A stretch of 64,000 bases of DNA from Myxococcota bacterium (GTDB lineage: Bacteria; Myxococcota_A; UBA796; SXON01). Positions 60,418 to 64,000 of this stretch are shown in pieces. The stretch lies in assembly GCA_040386535.1 (NCBI GenBank), contig JAZKFH010000002.1:187678-251677 (forward strand), in the 5' to 3' direction. Under the pieces are notes generated by a model. It made no database searches, was not told where the DNA came from, and was given only the letters and a program-made list of their open reading frames with translations. Made by a program: the position numbers and the translations under genes. Position 1 is the stretch's first letter; the number at the start of each line of letters is the position of its first letter.

Positions 60418-61352
60418 GCGGCCGCTTCAAAAGTGTCTTCGAGAACTTCTGGTTCCCCGCTTGGCCCGCGGCGAGGCTCGGGGTGTTGCGCGTCCTGCTG
60501 GGCCTCTACGTGCTCCAGGACCTGGTCCGGGTGCGGCGCGCCGCGCACACCCTGAGCGACGGGGATCCCCTCTTGTGGGACCCCGTGGGCGTCACCACGT
60601 TGCTCGCCGGGCCCCTCGCCCCGGCCCAATGGCACACCGTCTACGACGCGACCATCGGGTTGTGTCTGCTCTTCATCCTCGGCGCCGGGTGGCGTGTCAT
60701 CGGTCCGCTGTTCGCGGGCTTCCTGCTCTTTTCGTGGACCTACCGCGTTTCGTGGCAGATGATCTACCACGTGCACCACCTCACGATGTTGCACGTCCTC
60801 GTCGTGGCGGCGGCCCCCGCGGCCGCGGCGGTGTCGGTGGACGCGTGGTGGGGCAGCCGGCGTGGCAGGCCCGCCCCCGCCCCTTCCTGGCGGTTCGGCT
60901 GGCCGGTGCGGCTGGTGTGTGTCGTGACCGCGATCCTGTACTGCCTCGCCGGCGTGGCAAAGGTACAGCTGGCGGGCTGGGGCTGGGCGGACGGGCACAA
61001 CCTGCTCGATCAAATCGCCTACGACGGGCTCTACAAGGGCCTGCTCGGGCGCGACGACCGGGACATGCCCTCGCCCCTCATCGCCTACGCGTTCTCGTAC
61101 GCCTGGCTGCTCGGCCCCGCCGCGACGGGCTCCTTGATGGTCGAGCTGGGCGCGCCCATCGCGCTCCTCCACCGTCGCATCGGCTACGCGTGGTCGCTCG
61201 CGGCCATCGGGATGCACTGGGGCATCCACCTGTTCATGAACCTCGTGTTCCCCTACCCGATCTCCGGGATGGCGTTCCTGTCGTTCTTCCCGCTCGAGAA
61301 GCTCCTGCCGGCGCGGTGGCGGGGTGACACTACGGAAGCGGCTTCCGGGTGA
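60414..61352 (+). CDS. HTTM domain (vitamin K-dependent carboxylase/SdpB-like) membrane protein
   Basis: RLGVLRVLLG, LY..AG.AK...W..G, VEL..P, MHWGIHLFM. Confidence 0.85.
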   Translation: MSGRFKSVFENFWFPAWPAARLGVLRVLLGLYVLQDLVRVRRAAHTLSDGDPLLWDPVGVTTLLAGPLAPAQWHTVYDATIGLCLLFILGAGWRVIGPLFAGFLLFSWTYRVSWQMIYHVHHLTMLHVLVVAAAPAAAAVSVDAWWGSRRGRPAPAPSWRFGWPVRLVCVVTAILYCLAGVAKVQLAGWGWADGHNLLDQIAYDGLYKGLLGRDDRDMPSPLIAYAFSYAWLLGPAATGSLMVELGAPIALLHRRIGYAWSLAAIGMHWGIHLFMNLVFPYPISGMAFLSFFPLEKLLPARWRGDTTEAASG

Positions 61353-61632
61353 CCGGGTCCCGCGGCGGCGAGTTGCCACACCAGTTGCCGCCACCGACAC
61401 ACCCGTAGACCTTGCCCTCGGCGTCGTAGATCACCTCGTCCTGGATCCAGCCACCGGCCGGCGCCACCTCCTCTGCGATCACCTCCTCGACCGCCGGCTC
61501 GGGCGGCGGGGCCACGGGCACCTCGACGGGAGGCGGCGGGGACGGCGTGGAGACGTCGGCCTCTTCGGGGCCGCCGGAGCACGCGAGGATGGAGACCACG
61601 AGGGCGAGGGAGAGAGCGAGGCGGGCGTACAT
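61330..61632 (-). CDS. Small Pro/Glu-rich lipoprotein with C-terminal Cys pair
   Basis: ILAC lipobox; YGCVGGGNWCG; TAGCTT 7 nt before ATG. Confidence 0.75.
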   Translation of the reverse strand: MYARLALSLALVVSILACSGGPEEADVSTPSPPPPVEVPVAPPPEPAVEEVIAEEVAPAGGWIQDEVIYDAEGKVYGCVGGGNWCGNSPPRDPVTRKPLP

Positions 61633-61710
61633 GCGCGCCAAGCTACCTCGGCGCGGGCACCGGGTCCTTGCCTGGGACTGTCACCGGCGGCAGAAGTCCG
61701 TTCGGACCGA

Positions 61711-64000
61711 TCACTGCACGGTGACCCGCGCCGTGTTCGAGCCGATCGGCGTGAACGGCACGCGGGCCTCGAAGTGGTGCTCCCCCGGCGTGAGTGGCCA
61801 GCGCACGGTGTAGGGCGCGTCGACCACCGCGAAGGGCTCCCCATCGACATACCAGAGCAGCTGGGCGACCGGGGGCTCGACGGTGGCCTCGAGCGCGAGG
61901 GTGGCCCGGCCGGCCCGCGCCTCGGGGTCTCGCACCACGTGTTGGCCGTCGGCGGGCGCGAGGACGCGGACCACCGGAGCCTCGTGTTTCAGGGACGAGG
62001 CACGCGTTCCGCTCGGCGCGACAGGCGGACGAGGCAAGCCGGCGCGTGCCTGCCAGGCGGCGAAGCGGGCCGGCAGATCGACGAAGATCTCGGCGCGGAC
62101 GAAGCGCCCGGGGGTGGCGGCGGTGGCGGGGCGGCCGTCGCGCGTGTCGATGGCGAGGCGTTGGTGGGCGGCGCACGGATCGGCGGGCACCTCGACCGGG
62201 GTGAACCACTCGTTCACGGCGCGCGGGCACGCGTCCCCCGCGCGCTGGCCGGTGAGCGGGCACACACGGGCCGCGACCTGGCCGGGCGGCGGCGGAAACG
62301 TGAGGTCGGCGAGGCCGTCTCCCTGGTCGTGGTGCAGGTCGAGGAGCACCTGCTGGGCGACCTCGGCGGCCGCGCTGAAGCCGCCCAGGCGGGCCATCGG
62401 CGCGCTCGTCGGGTCCCCCACCCACACGCCCACCAGCCAGCGGGACGACCACGCCATCGTCCACGCGTCGCGGTAGTCGGCGGAGGTGCCGGTCTTGACC
62501 GCGACGGGGAACGGGTACTCGGTGGCGCCCATGCGCGGGAAGCTGGGGAGGCGCGCCATCGGGTCGGCGAGGTAGAGCGCGATGCGACGCACGGTCGCCT
62601 CGGAGAGCACGCGGGGCGCGGGTGTGGCGGGGGTGCCGCGGCGCCACGCGAGGCGCTGGAGGTGGCCATCGCCGGCGAGGGCCGCGTAGGCGGTGACGAG
62701 GTGTTCGAGGGTGACGGGGAGGCCGCCGATGGCGAGGCCGAGGCCGTAATGGCGCGCGGGGAGCTCGTCGGCATGCAGGCCCAGCTCGCGGAGGAAGGCG
62801 TACCCCTCTTCGAGGCCGATGCGGTCGAGCACGTCGACGGCGGGGACGTTGCGCGAGTTGGCGAGCGCCTGGCGAGGCAGGAGCGGGCCGAGGGAGGCGG
62901 CGTCTGCGTTCTCGATGGCGTCGGGGCCGCGGCCGATGTCGTCGAGCACGGTGGCGGGGGTGAGAAGCCCCCGATCGAGCGCGAGCGCGTAGAAGAAGGG
63001 CTTGAGCGTGCTGCCCGGGCTGCGCGGCGTGCGCGTGTAGTCGATGGCGCCGGCGCGCGCGGCGTCGTCGTAGTCGGCGGACCCGACCGAAGCGTGCACC
63101 TCGCCGGTGGCGCGATCGACGACCATGACGGCGGCGTTGGGGGCGCCCGCCCAGTCGGCCAGGGCGTCGCGGGTGATCGTCGTTACGCGCTGTTGCAGCG
63201 CGAGGTCGAGGGTCGTGTCGACGAGCGGGTCGGCGCGGTCGAGCGTCTGCGCGAGGCGGAGCACGACGTGGAGGGCCTCGGGGGGCCGGCGGCCCTTGTC
63301 GGGGATGCGCAGGGCATGAAGCTCGCTCCTCGCGAGGGCGAGCTCGGCATCGGTGAGGAGGGCCTCGGCATGGAGGTGCGTGAGGATGCGGCCGGCGCGG
63401 GCGACGGCGCGGGCGCGGCCCGCCGGATCGAAGGGGTTGGTGCGGCTCGGGGCCTGCGGGAGCGCGCAGAGGAACGCGGTCTCGGCCCAGGAGAGGTCAG
63501 CCACGGGCTTGTCGAGGTACCGGCGTGCCGCGTACGCGATGCCGTGGATGTTGTTGCCGTACGGCGCGAGGCGCAGGTATTGGGCGAGGATGGCGTCGCG
63601 GCCGTAGCGGGCGGTGAGGAGCACGGCGGTGACGGCCTCGACGGCCTTGCGGGGCAGCGTGCGCGGGCCGGGATCCTGCATGCGGGCCACCTGCATCGCG
63701 AGCGTGGAGGCGCCCGAGAGCGTGGTGCCGGCAGTGAGGTTCTGGCGCACGGCGCGCGCGATGGCGAGGGGGTCGACGCCGGGGTGGGTGCGGAAGCGGT
63801 GGTCTTCGAGGGCAAGGGTGGCGGCGACGACGCGGGCGGGGAGGGCGTGGTCGGGGGCTGATGGGGCGCCTGCCTGGGGCGCCACGGGCCAGTAGCCGTA
63901 GCCTTCGGCTTGGGGGGCGCCGACCTCACCGAGGAAGGCGCCGTGCCGATCGCGGAGGAGCAGGGTCGCGGGGGGATCGTGGAGGTGGGCGCGGGGGGCG
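61711..64000 (-). CDS. pbpC: Penicillin-binding protein 1C (transglycosylase-transpeptidase), 5'-truncated by window edge
   Basis: EDHRF..HPGVD, GASTL.MQ, GSTLKPF (SxxK), NSRN, KTGTS, C-terminal Ig-like domain; frame stays open to 64000 (LLLRDRHG). Confidence 0.92.
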   Translation of the reverse strand, partial: APRAHLHDPPATLLLRDRHGAFLGEVGAPQAEGYGYWPVAPQAGAPSAPDHALPARVVAATLALEDHRFRTHPGVDPLAIARAVRQNLTAGTTLSGASTLAMQVARMQDPGPRTLPRKAVEAVTAVLLTARYGRDAILAQYLRLAPYGNNIHGIAYAARRYLDKPVADLSWAETAFLCALPQAPSRTNPFDPAGRARAVARAGRILTHLHAEALLTDAELALARSELHALRIPDKGRRPPEALHVVLRLAQTLDRADPLVDTTLDLALQQRVTTITRDALADWAGAPNAAVMVVDRATGEVHASVGSADYDDAARAGAIDYTRTPRSPGSTLKPFFYALALDRGLLTPATVLDDIGRGPDAIENADAASLGPLLPRQALANSRNVPAVDVLDRIGLEEGYAFLRELGLHADELPARHYGLGLAIGGLPVTLEHLVTAYAALAGDGHLQRLAWRRGTPATPAPRVLSEATVRRIALYLADPMARLPSFPRMGATEYPFPVAVKTGTSADYRDAWTMAWSSRWLVGVWVGDPTSAPMARLGGFSAAAEVAQQVLLDLHHDQGDGLADLTFPPPPGQVAARVCPLTGQRAGDACPRAVNEWFTPVEVPADPCAAHQRLAIDTRDGRPATAATPGRFVRAEIFVDLPARFAAWQARAGLPRPPVAPSGTRASSLKHEAPVVRVLAPADGQHVVRDPEARAGRATLALEATVEPPVAQLLWYVDGEPFAVVDAPYTVRWPLTPGEHHFEARVPFTPIGSNTARVTVQ

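Overview
High-GC (roughly 70%+ by eye) bacterial chromosomal segment, most likely Myxococcota-related. The basis is two MYXO-CTERM-like Cys/TM/Arg tails, an FHA-GAF-sigma54 activator and many FG-GAP/acidic-repeat lipoproteins. About 55 tightly packed CDSs: coaE, apt, dedA, surE, aceB-aceA, two DEAD-box helicases, an RluA-family synthase, two histidine kinases, two sigma54 activators, secreted hydrolases (S8, GH18, GH13, M2), a Tad minor-pilin trio, a Tat-signal CrtU-like FAD/Rieske enzyme, an HTTM protein with a partner, and a partial pbpC. I found no rRNA, tRNA, CRISPR array or transposase. Most interesting signals: (1) a sigma54 promoter with enhancer-like repeats directly behind an NtrC-type regulator, driving a ~165-nt highly structured non-coding region (candidate sRNA, same layout as Myxococcus pxrR-pxr); (2) an AT-rich GATACATC motif present 8 times, clustered and mostly in inverted pairs, including inside coding sequence where it coincides with rare codons; (3) a TetR-controlled operon combining exported START/SRPBCC proteins, a barrel-like protein and a DedA/VTT protein; (4) a recurring leaderless-promoter signature. 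All family calls come from motifs read by eye; no searches were run.
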